53,761 nt of DNA from Chloroflexota bacterium (GCA_034666965.1 JAXDKT010000190.1:1-53761); one strand, 5' to 3'. Positions 8,679-19,298 are shown, counted from the first letter of the stretch. A program made the numbers and translations. The notes: a model not told the origin generated them from the sequence alone.

Positions 8679-10126
8679 TCGCCGGAGGCGGGCACGGCCG
8701 CTGCGGCCACGGCTCCTGCGCTGGCCGTGGCTCCGGCGGCCCACTTCTCCTCGAGGAGCCCGCGCAGCCGGTCCTGCGCCTCGGCCAGCGGCACCTTGGC
8801 GACGACCGGTTCGAGGAAGCCCAGCACGATGAACTTGCGCGCCTCGTCCGGGTCGATCCCGCGGCTCTCGAGATAGAACAGCTGGGTATCGTCGATCGGG
8901 CCGACCGATGAGGAGTGGGCCGCCCGCCGACAATCCGGCTGATCGATCTCGAGGCTCGGGATGGCGACCGCCCGGGCCTGCTTGGAGAGGTTCATCCCGA
9001 ACTCGCCCAGGAAGCTGTCGGTCCCGATCGCGGTCTTGTCGATCACGATCAGGCCCTTCATGTAGCTCCGGGCGGCGTCCTGGAGGGCTCCCTTGCTGAG
9101 CAGGTTGCCGGTCGTGTCGCGACCGATGTGGCGGGTGTACGAGGTCAGATCGAACAGCTGCTGGTCCGCCCCGAAGACGATCTCGACCTGCTCCACCGAC
9201 GAGCCGTCGCCCTCGAGCCGGTTGTCGACGCGCGACCGGATGAGCCGGCCACCGAGCTGGGCCAGGGCCCAATGGAGGGACGCGGCGGGGCCGATCGTGG
9301 CGTGGCGGTGCTGGAAGCTGACGACGTCCGGGGGCAGGTCCTGGATGGCCGCGACCGACAGGTTTGCGGCACGGCCCAGGACCACTTCGAGGGTGCCGCC
9401 AAAGAAGGCCTGGGGCACGGTCTCGCCCTCGGCGCACGCGATCTCGGGTCCCGACGCGACGAACTCCTCGACGAGCGAAGCCTGGGCGCTCTCGCCGAGC
9501 CGTACCAAGGTCCGCGAAACGAGCGCACGGCCAGGAGCGCCGACCGCCCAGCGGACCAGGAACGGACGCTCGAGCCGGACGCCGTCCGGGACGATCAGCC
9601 GGACGCCCTGGCTCCAGAAGCCGCGGGCGAGCTGGGCCAGCTTGTCGTCGGCGGGCAGGCTGGGGCCGCCCTCGAGGTCGGCCCGCAGGCCGGCCGGATC
9701 TCGCTCGAGCGCGGCCGCGAAGGTCTCCAGGATCACGCCGGCCTTCGCGGCGTCGGCCGACAGGGCCAGCGCGGTCACGCCGTCCTCGCGGAGCTCGATG
9801 AGTCCGGCGGTGTCATCGGGCACCGTCGCATCGGCTGGGCCGACGGTTTCCGTCCGGACGTAGGGTTGGACCTCCATGAGGTCGGCCGCGCGAAGGTCGA
9901 CATACGGGGTGTAGAGACGGTTGCCCTCGACGGGGAGGGCCTCGTACGCGGAGAAGGCGGCCAGGCGCTCAGCCCGCAGCCACTGGGGCTCGGAGCGTTC
10001 GGCGGAGAGAGCCAGCGCGAGTCCCCGATCGGGGAACCGGAATGGGAGGTCGGCCGGGCCGCGCCTGGCCGGTCTGGCCGCTGCGGTCGCGTGGTCCTCG
10101 GCGGCCGGGGTCGCCGAGACCGTCAT
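8675..10126 (-). CDS. sufD: Fe-S cluster assembly protein SufD
   Basis: [28 protein letters not shown]; follows sufB. Confidence 0.9.
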   Translation of the reverse strand: MTVSATPAAEDHATAAARPARRGPADLPFRFPDRGLALALSAERSEPQWLRAERLAAFSAYEALPVEGNRLYTPYVDLRAADLMEVQPYVRTETVGPADATVPDDTAGLIELREDGVTALALSADAAKAGVILETFAAALERDPAGLRADLEGGPSLPADDKLAQLARGFWSQGVRLIVPDGVRLERPFLVRWAVGAPGRALVSRTLVRLGESAQASLVEEFVASGPEIACAEGETVPQAFFGGTLEVVLGRAANLSVAAIQDLPPDVVSFQHRHATIGPAASLHWALAQLGGRLIRSRVDNRLEGDGSSVEQVEIVFGADQQLFDLTSYTRHIGRDTTGNLLSKGALQDAARSYMKGLIVIDKTAIGTDSFLGEFGMNLSKQARAVAIPSLEIDQPDCRRAAHSSSVGPIDDTQLFYLESRGIDPDEARKFIVLGFLEPVVAKVPLAEAQDRLRGLLEEKWAAGATASAGAVAAAAVPASGE

Positions 10127-11526
10127 CCGAGCGACCCCTCCATCTCGAGCTTCACCAACCGGTTGAACTCGATGGCGTATTCCATCGGGAGCTCCTTGGT
10201 GAAGACCTCCAGGAAGCCCTGGACGACCATGTTCTGAGCCTCGTTCTCGGTCAGCCCGCGGCTCATCAGGTAGAAGATCTGGTCGGCGCTGATCTTGCCC
10301 ACGACCGCCTCGTGGGTCATCGTCGTGTCGTCTTCCTGGATGTCGATGTAGGGGTACGTGTCACTCCGGCTGATGTCGTCGAGCATCAGGGCGTCGCAGC
10401 GAACGCTGGCCACGACGTTGGTCGCCCCCGGGGCGACCTTGAGCTGACCGCGGTAGGTCGCCCGCCCGCCGTCCTTCGAGACCGACTTGCTGACGATCCG
10501 GCTGCGGGTGTTGGGCGCGAGGTGGACCGCCTTCGCGCCGGTGTCCTGGTGCTGGCCCGCCCCGGCCACGGCGACCGAGATGATGTCCGCGGTGGCGTTC
10601 TCGCCGCGCAGGTAGATCGCCGGGTACTTCATCGTCAGGCGTGAGCCGGTATTCGCGTCGATCCACTCCACTGTTGAATTCGCGTGCGCATGGGCACGCT
10701 TCGTGACGAGGTTATAGACGTCGTTGGACCAGTTCTGGATGGTCGTGTAGCGCACCTTGGAGCCCGGCAGGGCGATGACCTCGACGACCGCGGCGTGGAG
10801 CGAGTCCGTCGCGTAGATCGGGGCGGTGCAGCCTTCGATGTAGTGGACCTTGGCGCCCTCGTCGACGACGATCAGCGTTCGCTCGAACTGGCCGGTGTTC
10901 TCGCCGTTGATCCGGAAGTAGGCCTGCAGCGGCAGCGGCACCTCGACGCCCTTGGGGACGTACACGAACGAACCACCGGACCAGACCGCGCTGTTGAGTG
11001 CGGCGAACTTATTGTCCTCCGGCGGCACGACCGTGCCGAAGTACTTGCGGAAGATCTCGGGGTACTCGATCAGGGCCTGGTCGGTGCCCATGAACACGAC
11101 GCCGATCTTGGTCAGCTCCTCGCGGACCGAGTGGTAGACGACCTCGCTGTCGTACTGCGCGCCGACACCAGCCAGGAACTTGCGCTCGGCCTCGGGGATG
11201 CCCAGCTTCTCGAAGGTGGCCTTGATCTTCTCGGGGACGTCGTCCCAGGACTTCTCTTCGCGCTCGGACGGCTTGCGGTAGTACACGATCCGGTCGAAGT
11301 CGATGCGGGTCAGGTCGCCGCCCCAGGTGGGCATCGGCCGGGTCAGGAAATGGTCGTAGGCGCGCAGCCGGAACTTGAGCATCCATTCCGGCTCGTTCTT
11401 GATCGCGCTGATCTCCTCGACCGTCTCCCGGGTCAGCCCGCGCTTCGTCTCGGTCAGGTAGACGATGTCGTCCTTGAAATCGAACTGGGAACGGTCGTTG
11501 TTGACGGTCGGCTTGACGGCGGTCAT
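10123..11526 (-). CDS. sufB: Fe-S cluster assembly protein SufB
   Basis: [43 protein letters not shown]. Confidence 0.98.
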   Translation of the reverse strand: MTAVKPTVNNDRSQFDFKDDIVYLTETKRGLTRETVEEISAIKNEPEWMLKFRLRAYDHFLTRPMPTWGGDLTRIDFDRIVYYRKPSEREEKSWDDVPEKIKATFEKLGIPEAERKFLAGVGAQYDSEVVYHSVREELTKIGVVFMGTDQALIEYPEIFRKYFGTVVPPEDNKFAALNSAVWSGGSFVYVPKGVEVPLPLQAYFRINGENTGQFERTLIVVDEGAKVHYIEGCTAPIYATDSLHAAVVEVIALPGSKVRYTTIQNWSNDVYNLVTKRAHAHANSTVEWIDANTGSRLTMKYPAIYLRGENATADIISVAVAGAGQHQDTGAKAVHLAPNTRSRIVSKSVSKDGGRATYRGQLKVAPGATNVVASVRCDALMLDDISRSDTYPYIDIQEDDTTMTHEAVVGKISADQIFYLMSRGLTENEAQNMVVQGFLEVFTKELPMEYAIEFNRLVKLEMEGSLG

Positions 11527-11569
11527 CCGGTCTGGACTCCTTGGGAATGGGCGCGTGCGTCGCAGCGTC

Positions 11570-11612
11570 TAATTCCGACCTCTATTATCGGAATTATCGC
11601 GACTCCCGTCAA
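11570..11612 (-). promoter_or_regulatory. suf promoter (TTGACG-N17-GATAAT) overlapped by the palindrome TAATTCCGA-N9-TCGGAATTA (Rrf2/IscR-like operator)
   Basis: Perfect 9-bp inverted repeat at 11570-11596 covering the -10 box. Confidence 0.7.
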
Positions 11613-11768
11613 CGAGCCCGGGGAAGAGGAGATAGGAACCCGGACAGGTTGTGACGCGCCGCACAATCGCCGCCGGCCCGCGTGATGGGTGCGAACCCTC
11701 CAGGGTGACCCGGAGGGCGGCCAGCTTCGACGCGCCTGGCCGATGGCTCCGTGAGCGGACGGATCCAG

Positions 11769-12197
11769 CTACGTCCCGGCCGTGACCGTGAACGGGGTCC
11801 GCTCGGTCTGCGCACCCGGGCAGTAGATGTCGTAGGCGCCGGGAGTGAGCTCGAGGGTGAAGGTTCCGGACAGTCCCGGGGTCAGATGCTCCTTCTCGGC
11901 CAGGATCCGGTCGCCCTGGACCAGCTCCGCCTCGGTCGAGCGGCTCGAATCGACGTTGACGACATCGAAGGTGACCGGTCCGGCACTGATCGTGGCCGGC
12001 TCCGGTACGCAAGCGGCGTCGGTCATGGTGATCCGGACCGTCCGCGGGGCGGCACTGGGTGACGCGGCCGGGGAGCTTCCAGCGGCGCTCGGCGTGGCGG
12101 TGGCCGGGGTCCCGCTGCAGCCGGCGACGACCAGGGAGGCGGCCATCGCCAGGACGGTTACGGGCCCGAGCAAGGCAGGCCGAATCGGGTGAGGCAT
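11769..12197 (-). CDS. EfeO-type cupredoxin-domain lipoprotein
   Basis: Lipobox LVVAGC; AGPVTFDVVN, EAEL, EKEHLTPG, GAYDIYC. Confidence 0.8.
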   Translation of the reverse strand: MPHPIRPALLGPVTVLAMAASLVVAGCSGTPATATPSAAGSSPAASPSAAPRTVRITMTDAACVPEPATISAGPVTFDVVNVDSSRSTEAELVQGDRILAEKEHLTPGLSGTFTLELTPGAYDIYCPGAQTERTPFTVTAGT

Positions 12198-12223
12198 TCT
12201 TGACTCCTTCGCTGGATGGCGCG

Positions 12224-13096
12224 TCAGCGCGACGTCGGGCTGACCGCTGGATCGACTGCCGGATCGAGCGCCACCGGGCTGGGGGCCCGCGGCGATCGGC
12301 GTTGAGGCCACATCACGAACAGGCTCATGGGGATGAAGTAGGCCAGCCAGCCGATGAGCTCGATCACGGCCGGCTTGGGCTGCAGACCCAGGATCCCGGT
12401 GATCAGCGCGGCCAGCGGCGTCCCGGGCTGGATCAGCCACGACAGGTCGAGGGCCGTTGCCTGGCCGATCTGGACCCAGCCCGCCTCGTGACCGGTGTGG
12501 AGCCCCGAGGCGACCAGCCCGGATGCGACGAACACCAGGACGAGCCCGGTCAGCCCGAAGAAACGGGCGAGATTGATCCGGACCCCGCCGCGGTAGATCC
12601 CATAGCCAACGCCGACCGCCAGCGCGATGCCCGCCAGCGCGCCGAACCCGGCGGCCAGCGCGGACGTCGAGGCCTGGAACGCTGCGAGCAGGAACACCGC
12701 GGTCTCGAAGCCCTCGCGGAGGACGGCCAGGAACGCCATCGCGACCAGGGCCCAGGCGGTGCCGCCGACGAGAGCCGCCCCGGCCGCCCCCTCCAGATGG
12801 CCTTTCAGGCCTCGGGCGTGTCGGCGCATCCAGACGATCATGTAGGTGACCATGCCGACCGCCACCACGCTGATGACGGTCTCAAGCATCTCCTGCTCGA
12901 CCTGGGGCAGCGACGCCGACAGGAGCTGCAGACCGATGGCCACGGCGGCGCAGATGGCGACCGCCAAACCGACTCCCAGCCAGACGAGCCTGATGGTGTC
13001 CGGCCGACCCTCGCGGCGCAGAAATGCGGCGACGATCCCAACGATGAGGGCGGCTTCGAGGCCTTCGCGCAGACCGATGACGAATGTCGCGAGCAC
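12224..13096 (-). CDS. efeU: FTR1/EfeU high-affinity iron permease
   Basis: Two R-E-x-x-E motifs (LREGLEA, LREGFET); multi-TM. Confidence 0.93.
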   Translation of the reverse strand: MLATFVIGLREGLEAALIVGIVAAFLRREGRPDTIRLVWLGVGLAVAICAAVAIGLQLLSASLPQVEQEMLETVISVVAVGMVTYMIVWMRRHARGLKGHLEGAAGAALVGGTAWALVAMAFLAVLREGFETAVFLLAAFQASTSALAAGFGALAGIALAVGVGYGIYRGGVRINLARFFGLTGLVLVFVASGLVASGLHTGHEAGWVQIGQATALDLSWLIQPGTPLAALITGILGLQPKPAVIELIGWLAYFIPMSLFVMWPQRRSPRAPSPVALDPAVDPAVSPTSR

Positions 13097-13293
13097 GAGG
13101 ATCTCCGCTGCGGACGGGTGGAATTTGCGGCGCGATCGTAGCCGAGGGTTCGATCAGATGTCAAGCGCGCTTGTCACCTAGTGGCAGGCGTTCTTGAGTT
13201 GATGGTGCGGCGCCACCGTCCGGCTCGCCCGCAACGAGGTCGCGGTAGCGTACCTGCCAGCTCCTGGCGAGATCAACGGCTACCATCCGGCGG

Positions 13294-14619
13294 ATGACCG
13301 AGCCGCGCCATCTCAGCCGGGCCACCGCACGCCGGTTTCTCGCCGTGCGCCATCTCCTGGCACCCGCACGCTCGCTGCCCGCCGAGCCCCACAGCGTGAT
13401 GACCGTCGTCGAACGTCTCGGCTCGCTCCAGTTCGACCCGCTGGAGGTGGCCGGACGCAACCACGACCTGGTCCTGCTGAGCCGGATCCGGGACTATCGA
13501 CGCGAGTGGACCGACGCCCTGCTGTATCGCGACCGGCGCCTGTACGAGACCTACAACAAGGGCCTCAGCCTGGTGCCCACGGCCGAGCTGCCCTGGTTCC
13601 GCGTCACCTGGGACCTCAATCGGCTGGAACACGACGGTTCCGCCTTCGACGAGCACGCCGTTCTGGTCGAAGAGCTTCTCGAGCGGATCCGGCGCGACGG
13701 CCCGCTGAGCTCGACCGACGTCGAGCCACGCGCCGCCATCGAGTGGTACTGGCGGCCGACCAACCAGGTTCGGGCGATCCTCGAGGCGCTCGCCGAGGCC
13801 GGCATCCTGGGATTGACCCGGCGTGAGGGCAACCGCCGGGTCTACGACCTGGCCGAGCGCCTGTTCCCGGCGGAGCTGCTCGCGCGGCGCGAGCCCGAGC
13901 GCGACCAGCGCCGCCACAAGCTGCTGTCGCGCTACCGTGCCCACGGCCTTCTCGGCCGGAGCGGCTCGGCCGAGCTGTGGCTCGGGACGGCGCCGGTCAT
14001 CAAGCGCCCCGGCCCGAATGGCGACGGACCGCTCCGACCGCAGCTCCTGGCAGAGCTACTCGAGCTGGGCGAGCTGACGCCGGTCACCGTGGACGGGATC
14101 CGGGGCGACCGCCACGTCCTCACCGCCGAGCTGCCGATCCTGGCCGCGGCAGAGCGGGAGGTAGGCGCCGAGGCGGACGGGGCGCATCCCTGGAGCGTCG
14201 GGCGCCCGAACGGTGGCGAGCCGCAGGTCGCCTTCCTGGCGCCGCTCGACCCGTACGTCTGGGATCGCGACTTTCTGCGGAAGCTCCACGGCTTCGACTA
14301 CGTATGGGAGGTGTACGTCCCCCAGGCGAAGCGACGCTGGGGGTATTACGTCCTGCCGATCCTGTTCGGCGACCGGCTGGTCGGCCGGATCGAGCCCCGC
14401 ATCGAGCGCAAGACCGGCACGTTGAGCGTCGTCGGGCTATGGTGGGAGGCGGGATTCGACCCTCTGACGGCGCCCGGCTTCATCGCGGCGTTCGGGGAGG
14501 CACTCGAGGCCCATCGAACGTTCGGCGGGATGACCCGAATCGCCCTCCCCCGGACCTACGCCCATCGCCCGCTCGTCGCCGCGCTGCGGGAGCGGGGCAT
14601 CCTGGAGGACCGACCATGA
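13294..14619 (+). CDS. YcaQ/AlkZ family winged-helix DNA glycosylase
   Basis: LQFDPL (QxD motif), RNHDLVL, FLAPLD..VWDR, WEVYVP..KRRWGYYVLP. Confidence 0.88.
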   Translation: MTEPRHLSRATARRFLAVRHLLAPARSLPAEPHSVMTVVERLGSLQFDPLEVAGRNHDLVLLSRIRDYRREWTDALLYRDRRLYETYNKGLSLVPTAELPWFRVTWDLNRLEHDGSAFDEHAVLVEELLERIRRDGPLSSTDVEPRAAIEWYWRPTNQVRAILEALAEAGILGLTRREGNRRVYDLAERLFPAELLARREPERDQRRHKLLSRYRAHGLLGRSGSAELWLGTAPVIKRPGPNGDGPLRPQLLAELLELGELTPVTVDGIRGDRHVLTAELPILAAAEREVGAEADGAHPWSVGRPNGGEPQVAFLAPLDPYVWDRDFLRKLHGFDYVWEVYVPQAKRRWGYYVLPILFGDRLVGRIEPRIERKTGTLSVVGLWWEAGFDPLTAPGFIAAFGEALEAHRTFGGMTRIALPRTYAHRPLVAALRERGILEDRP

Positions 14620-15059
14620 CCGCCGTTCGACATGCCGAAGCCACCTGGGAGGGCGACCTCCTGACCGGCAGGGGGGTCGTCAGCGCCGTCAGCAGCGGCG
14701 CGTTCCGCGATGTGCCCGTGAGCTGGGCGGCGCGGACCGAGTCGTCCGACGGGCGGACCAGCCCGGAGGAGCTCATCGCCGCGGCCCACGCCGCGTGCTT
14801 CGAGATGGCCCTGTCCGGGGCGCTGACCCGGGGCGGCACGCCGCCCGAGCACCTGGCGGTGAGTGCGACCGTCACCTTCGACAAGCTCGATGGCGGTTGG
14901 CGGGTCGTGTCGAGCGCGCTCAAGGTCGTCGGACGGGTCCCGGGCATCGACGCCGCCGGCTTCCGCGCGGCGGCCGAGGCGACTCGCGACGGCTGCCCCG
15001 TGTCGGTCGCGCTGAAGGGCAACGTCGAGCTGTCGGTCGAGGCCAGCCTGGAGAGCTAA
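14616..15059 (+). CDS. osmC: OsmC family peroxiredoxin
   Basis: WEGDL..GRG, SPEELIAAAHAACF, CPVS; ATGA overlap with ycaQ. Confidence 0.92.
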   Translation: MTAVRHAEATWEGDLLTGRGVVSAVSSGAFRDVPVSWAARTESSDGRTSPEELIAAAHAACFEMALSGALTRGGTPPEHLAVSATVTFDKLDGGWRVVSSALKVVGRVPGIDAAGFRAAAEATRDGCPVSVALKGNVELSVEASLES

Positions 15060-16006
15060 GCCCCGGGAGCGGCCAGGGTCAGGATCCGGGCGGGGTTGTC
15101 GACGGTCATGGTCCGGATCGCCGAGTCGGGCAGGCCGGCCTCGCGGAGGCGGGGCAGGAACGTCTCGAACAGGTAGACGTAGCCGTTGCCGCCATAGGCC
15201 TTGAGCTGCGAGTCGTGGCAGACGTCCTGGCTGAGCAGGATCCGGTCAGCATGGCCGCGGGCGACCAGCTCGCCGAGGAGGTCAACGATCCGCGCTTCGC
15301 CGTGACGCTCGACCGCCGTGAAGCTCATGCCCAGGAAGTCGAACTCGAGATTCGCCCCGCGCCGAATGATCTCGAGATGGTGATCGAGGACCGGATACGA
15401 GTCGGCGTGACCGATCACGACTCGAGTCAAATCGAGGCGCTCCTCCTCGAACACCGTCAGCTGGGCCAGGCCGACCGGCGACAGGACCGCGTGGGTGGTG
15501 AGGGCCATGCCGGTCCGTCGAGCCGCCCGGGCAGCCGCCCGGTGAACCCGTTCCTCCTGACCCGTGAGCCAGGGCTTGTCGGTGCCGATCTCGCCCACGA
15601 TCCCGGGCCGGATCCCGGTCCCGCCCACCCCGTCCTCGAACTCGCGAACGAGCTCGTCAGCGAGATCGTCCACGGTCCTCTGGTCGATCCGCGCCTCGAC
15701 GGGGTAGTACGCGGCGCGATACCAGCCAGCACCCATGACGATGTTCAGCCCGGTCGCCTCAGCGTAGCGGCGCAGTCGTTCGGGATCGCGACCGACGCCG
15801 GGCAGGGTCAGGTCGACGAGGCTCCCGCCGCCGGCCGCCCGATAGGTCGCCAGCTCGGGCACGACGGTCGCGTCGTCCACGGTGAGCTGCCAGTAGTCCC
15901 ACCGATTCTCGATTTGCCACAGGGCGATGCCGGTGTGCTCGTGGGGCAGGGTGAACCCGAGTTCGCCAGGGGCAATCCGGCCGGTGACCGTCTGGACCTG
16001 GTTCAT
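15056..16006 (-). CDS. Phosphotriesterase-like amidohydrolase
   Basis: TLPHEH, GEIG, TTH, IGH, LLSQD, VDNPARIL. Confidence 0.9.
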   Translation of the reverse strand: MNQVQTVTGRIAPGELGFTLPHEHTGIALWQIENRWDYWQLTVDDATVVPELATYRAAGGGSLVDLTLPGVGRDPERLRRYAEATGLNIVMGAGWYRAAYYPVEARIDQRTVDDLADELVREFEDGVGGTGIRPGIVGEIGTDKPWLTGQEERVHRAAARAARRTGMALTTHAVLSPVGLAQLTVFEEERLDLTRVVIGHADSYPVLDHHLEIIRRGANLEFDFLGMSFTAVERHGEARIVDLLGELVARGHADRILLSQDVCHDSQLKAYGGNGYVYLFETFLPRLREAGLPDSAIRTMTVDNPARILTLAAPGA

Positions 16007-16067
16007 GCCCGGATTATCGGGCCCGGGACGACCGCTCGGTTCGGTTTCCGCGGCGATGCCGACCGCC

Positions 16068-16775
16068 TCAGGATGCGAGGTCGGCGGTCGCGCCAGCGTG
16101 CGGCTTCAGGCTGAACGGCTTCGGGCGAGGCCGTTCGATCGGCGGACGGTCGGGCGCCGCGACGGAGGCCAGCAGCAGCTCCAGCAGGGCGAAGGCGCGC
16201 CGTTCGGCGTCCTCGCGTCGCCAGCCTTCGGCACGCTCGATGCGCTGGAGGAGCAGCCCATCGAGCAGGGCGCTGTAGCCCAGCGCTACGGCCTCGATGT
16301 CCAGCCAGGCGGGCAGCTCACCCTTGGCCATGCCCTCGCGCAGCAAGACCTGGCCGACTGCGCCGATCTGCTCTCGCCGCCGGACGAGCATCTCGCGAAC
16401 GGTCGCTGACTGACCGGCTTCAGCCCAGGCCTGAATGAGGTACGTTGCCGAGCCGGGCGTGGCGGGGTCGACCGGATCGATCGAGTCGATGAAGAACGCC
16501 ACGGCGATGGCCAGCTTGTCGGCGACGGTCTCACCACTCGTCAAACGGTCACCCAGCTCGCCGAAGCCCTGATCCATCGACGCCAGGCAGGCCGCCAGGA
16601 AGAGCGCGTCCTTGCCCCCGAAGTAGGTGTAGATGGCGCCGACCGAGAGACCGCTCGCCCGGACCACGTCCTGGATCGTGGCCCGGTGGTAGCCCTTGTC
16701 GTCGAACACACCGATCGCCGCCCGGACGATCCGCTCCCGGACCTCGCGCTCGTGGGCGGGGGTGACGCGCGGCAT
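16068..16775 (-). CDS. TetR/AcrR family regulator
   Basis: GYHRATIQDVV..SGLSVGAIYTYFGGKDALF HTH; start MPRV. Confidence 0.92.
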   Translation of the reverse strand: MPRVTPAHEREVRERIVRAAIGVFDDKGYHRATIQDVVRASGLSVGAIYTYFGGKDALFLAACLASMDQGFGELGDRLTSGETVADKLAIAVAFFIDSIDPVDPATPGSATYLIQAWAEAGQSATVREMLVRRREQIGAVGQVLLREGMAKGELPAWLDIEAVALGYSALLDGLLLQRIERAEGWRREDAERRAFALLELLLASVAAPDRPPIERPRPKPFSLKPHAGATADLAS

Positions 16776-16797
16776 GGACGAAACCTCAAGCGGTTGA

Positions 16798-16886
16798 AGA
16801 ACGAACGTTCCCTCTGAGTCTATCCACTCAGTGCGGCTCGGGTCAATTGCGATCTCGCTTGACAAAAAGAATGATCATTCTCTAAT
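16798..16886. promoter_or_regulatory. Divergent TetR/MMPL promoters with two operator sites (AGAATGATCATTCT and AGAACGAACGTTCC)
   Basis: Perfect 14-bp palindrome at 16868-16881 between TTGACA (16859) and TCTAAT; related site at 16798-16811 next to the minus-strand TTGACC-N18-TAGACT promoter. Confidence 0.7.
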
Positions 16887-16958
16887 TTGGAAGGGCCAAC
16901 GACCGTGCCAGTCGGCGCCAGCTCAGGCGCCCCGACCGGACCAGGAGGAACCGCCCGC

Positions 16959-19298
16959 ATGTTCACCCGCTGGGGAGCGTTCGTCTATCGCTTCCGCCGC
17001 CCGGTCGCCCTGGCCGCGGTGGTGGTCGCCATCGGCCTCGGGTTCGTCGGTCTGGATGCCTCGCGCCATCTCAGCTCCGGGGGCTGGCTCGACAAGGGCT
17101 CGGAGTCGGCCCGGGTGGCCGACCGGTTGGCGGCCGACTTCGGCGCCGGCCGGAGCACCATCATCGTCCTCTTCTCATCGACCGTCGCCGAAGACGCCAC
17201 CGGAGCCGACTACCAGGCCGCGATCGCCTCCTCGCTGGCTGCGGTCAAGGCCGACCCGCGGGTGGTCAGCATCCTGGGATACGCCGAGACCGGCGACCGG
17301 AGGTTCATCAGCAAGGACGGCCGGCAGGCGTTTTCGATCGTCGAGCTGGCCGCCGGTGACGAGGATTCGGTCGGGCTGGTGGATCCGCTCCGCGCCGAGA
17401 TTTCGACGCCGGCCGGTTACACCTTCCAGCTCACCGGCTATGGCCCCATCACCCAGGATTCGGCGGCCCAGTCCGAGCAGGACCTCCAGCGTGCCGAGAC
17501 TGTGTCGCTGCCGATCGTGGCGCTGGTCCTGATCGTCGTCTTCGCCTCGATCGTCGCGGCGGGCATGCCCCTGTTCGTGGCGGCCCTGGCGATCCCGTCC
17601 ACCCTGGGGCTGATCTTCTTCGTCAGCCAGCAGGTCCTGATGAGCGTGTACGTCCTGAACATCGCGACGATGCTCGGTCTGGCCCTGTCGATCGACTACT
17701 CGCTGTTCATCGTCAGCCGTTTCCGCGAGGAGCTGGCCCGTGGGCGGACCGTCCAGCAGGCGGTCGAGAAGGCGGTGGCCACCAGCGGCAAGGCAGTCGC
17801 CTTCTCGGGCTTTGCGGTGATGATCGGCCTGTCGGGTCTGATCCTGTTCAAGGCCGAGGCTCTGGTCTCGATCGGCATTGCCGGGATGCTGGTCGTGGCC
17901 AGCACCCTGTTCTTTGCCCTGACCGTCCTGCCGGCCGTCCTGGGCATGCTCGGGCCGCGGGTCAACGCGCTGAGCCTGGGCGGCCTGTTCAGGCGGCTGG
18001 GCATGCGCCCGAGCGAACCCGGACACGACGGCTGGTGGGCGCGGGTTGCCCGCCTGGTCATGCGCCGGCCCATCCTGGTCCTGGTGCCCGTCCTGGCCCT
18101 GCTGCTGGCCTTCGGTTCGCCGTTCCTGCGCCTGGTCCAGGGCGTGCCCGACGCGTCGATCTATCCGGCCGGCCTCGAGAGCCGCGACGCGTACTTCACG
18201 ATCCAGACCCGGTTCACGGCCGGGGAGACCAATCCGATCGTGGTCCTGGCCCGCGTCCAGGGCGATCCCACCAGCCCGGCCAACGCCCTGGCCCTGGCGC
18301 GCTACGGGCAGGCCCTGGCGTCGATCGAGGGGATCGACCACGTCGAGGGCGCCTTCTCGCTCAGCGATCCGGCGACCGGCGCGCCGCTCAGCCCCGAAGC
18401 GGTCGCGCAGCTGTATGCGTTGCCGGCGGCTCAGCGGCCGGCCCCGGTCGGGGCGGCCCTCGACGCGCTCCAGAAGGCCTATGTTCGGGGAGAGGTCGTG
18501 CAGTTCGCCGCCGTGAGCCCGCTCGATCCGGCGCGACCCGCCGCGACCGACCTGACCCCGATCGTCCGCGCGTTGCCGGCTGGGCCCGGGATCACGACCG
18601 AGGTCGGTGGCCTGGCGGCGGCCGGCTACGACTTCCTCCAGTCGCAGGCGGAGCGGATGCCGTTCGCCATTGGCCTGACCCTCATCGCCAGCGCGCTGGT
18701 CCTGTTCCTGCTGTTCGGCTCGATCGCGATCCCGATCAAGGCCGTGATCATGACCCTGCTCTCGATCAGCGCCAGCTTTGGGGCCCTGGTCTGGATCTTC
18801 CAGGAAGGCCACCTCAGCGACGTGCTCCATTTCACCCCGCTGGGCTACACCATCGCGGGCAATCCGATCATCATGTTCAGCGTGATCTTCGGCCTGTCGA
18901 TGGACTACGAGGTCCTGCTCCTGTCGCGCATCCAGGAGGCCTACCGCCGCACCGGCGACAACACCGCCTCGGTGGCCGAGGGGCTGGCCCGGACCGCCGG
19001 GGTGATCACGGGCGCGGCCCTGATCATGGTCTCGGTCTTCGCCGCGTTCGCCCTGGCCGACATCATCACGATCAAGAGCATCGGGGTCGGCATGGCCATC
19101 GCCGTCCTGCTCGACGCGACGATCATCCGGGTCCTGCTCGTCCCGGCCACGATGCGCCTGCTGGGCGACTGGAACTGGTGGGCGCCCGGGCCGCTGCGGC
19201 GCCTGGCCGACCGGCTTGGGTTCGATCACGTGGAGGACGGTTCGGATGAGCCGCCCGCCGGCGGGCCGCGACCCGGCCTGGAGGGAGCTCCCGGATGA
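16959..19298 (+). CDS. MMPL (RND superfamily) transporter
   Basis: IDYSLFIVSRFREE, FGLSMDYEVLLLSRIQE, DATIIR..LVPA.M.LLG..NWWAP; RBS AGGAGG. Confidence 0.95.
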   Translation: MFTRWGAFVYRFRRPVALAAVVVAIGLGFVGLDASRHLSSGGWLDKGSESARVADRLAADFGAGRSTIIVLFSSTVAEDATGADYQAAIASSLAAVKADPRVVSILGYAETGDRRFISKDGRQAFSIVELAAGDEDSVGLVDPLRAEISTPAGYTFQLTGYGPITQDSAAQSEQDLQRAETVSLPIVALVLIVVFASIVAAGMPLFVAALAIPSTLGLIFFVSQQVLMSVYVLNIATMLGLALSIDYSLFIVSRFREELARGRTVQQAVEKAVATSGKAVAFSGFAVMIGLSGLILFKAEALVSIGIAGMLVVASTLFFALTVLPAVLGMLGPRVNALSLGGLFRRLGMRPSEPGHDGWWARVARLVMRRPILVLVPVLALLLAFGSPFLRLVQGVPDASIYPAGLESRDAYFTIQTRFTAGETNPIVVLARVQGDPTSPANALALARYGQALASIEGIDHVEGAFSLSDPATGAPLSPEAVAQLYALPAAQRPAPVGAALDALQKAYVRGEVVQFAAVSPLDPARPAATDLTPIVRALPAGPGITTEVGGLAAAGYDFLQSQAERMPFAIGLTLIASALVLFLLFGSIAIPIKAVIMTLLSISASFGALVWIFQEGHLSDVLHFTPLGYTIAGNPIIMFSVIFGLSMDYEVLLLSRIQEAYRRTGDNTASVAEGLARTAGVITGAALIMVSVFAAFALADIITIKSIGVGMAIAVLLDATIIRVLLVPATMRLLGDWNWWAPGPLRRLADRLGFDHVEDGSDEPPAGGPRPGLEGAPG

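Noticed and set aside
11696-11717. Hairpin CCCTCC...GGAGGG downstream of the cupredoxin gene as a terminator
   Set aside because: Short stem with no U-tract; not distinguishable from chance at this GC content
13097-13290. DtxR/IdeR or Fur box upstream of efeU
   Set aside because: A TTGACA-N18-TACGAT promoter is visible on the minus strand, but no convincing palindrome
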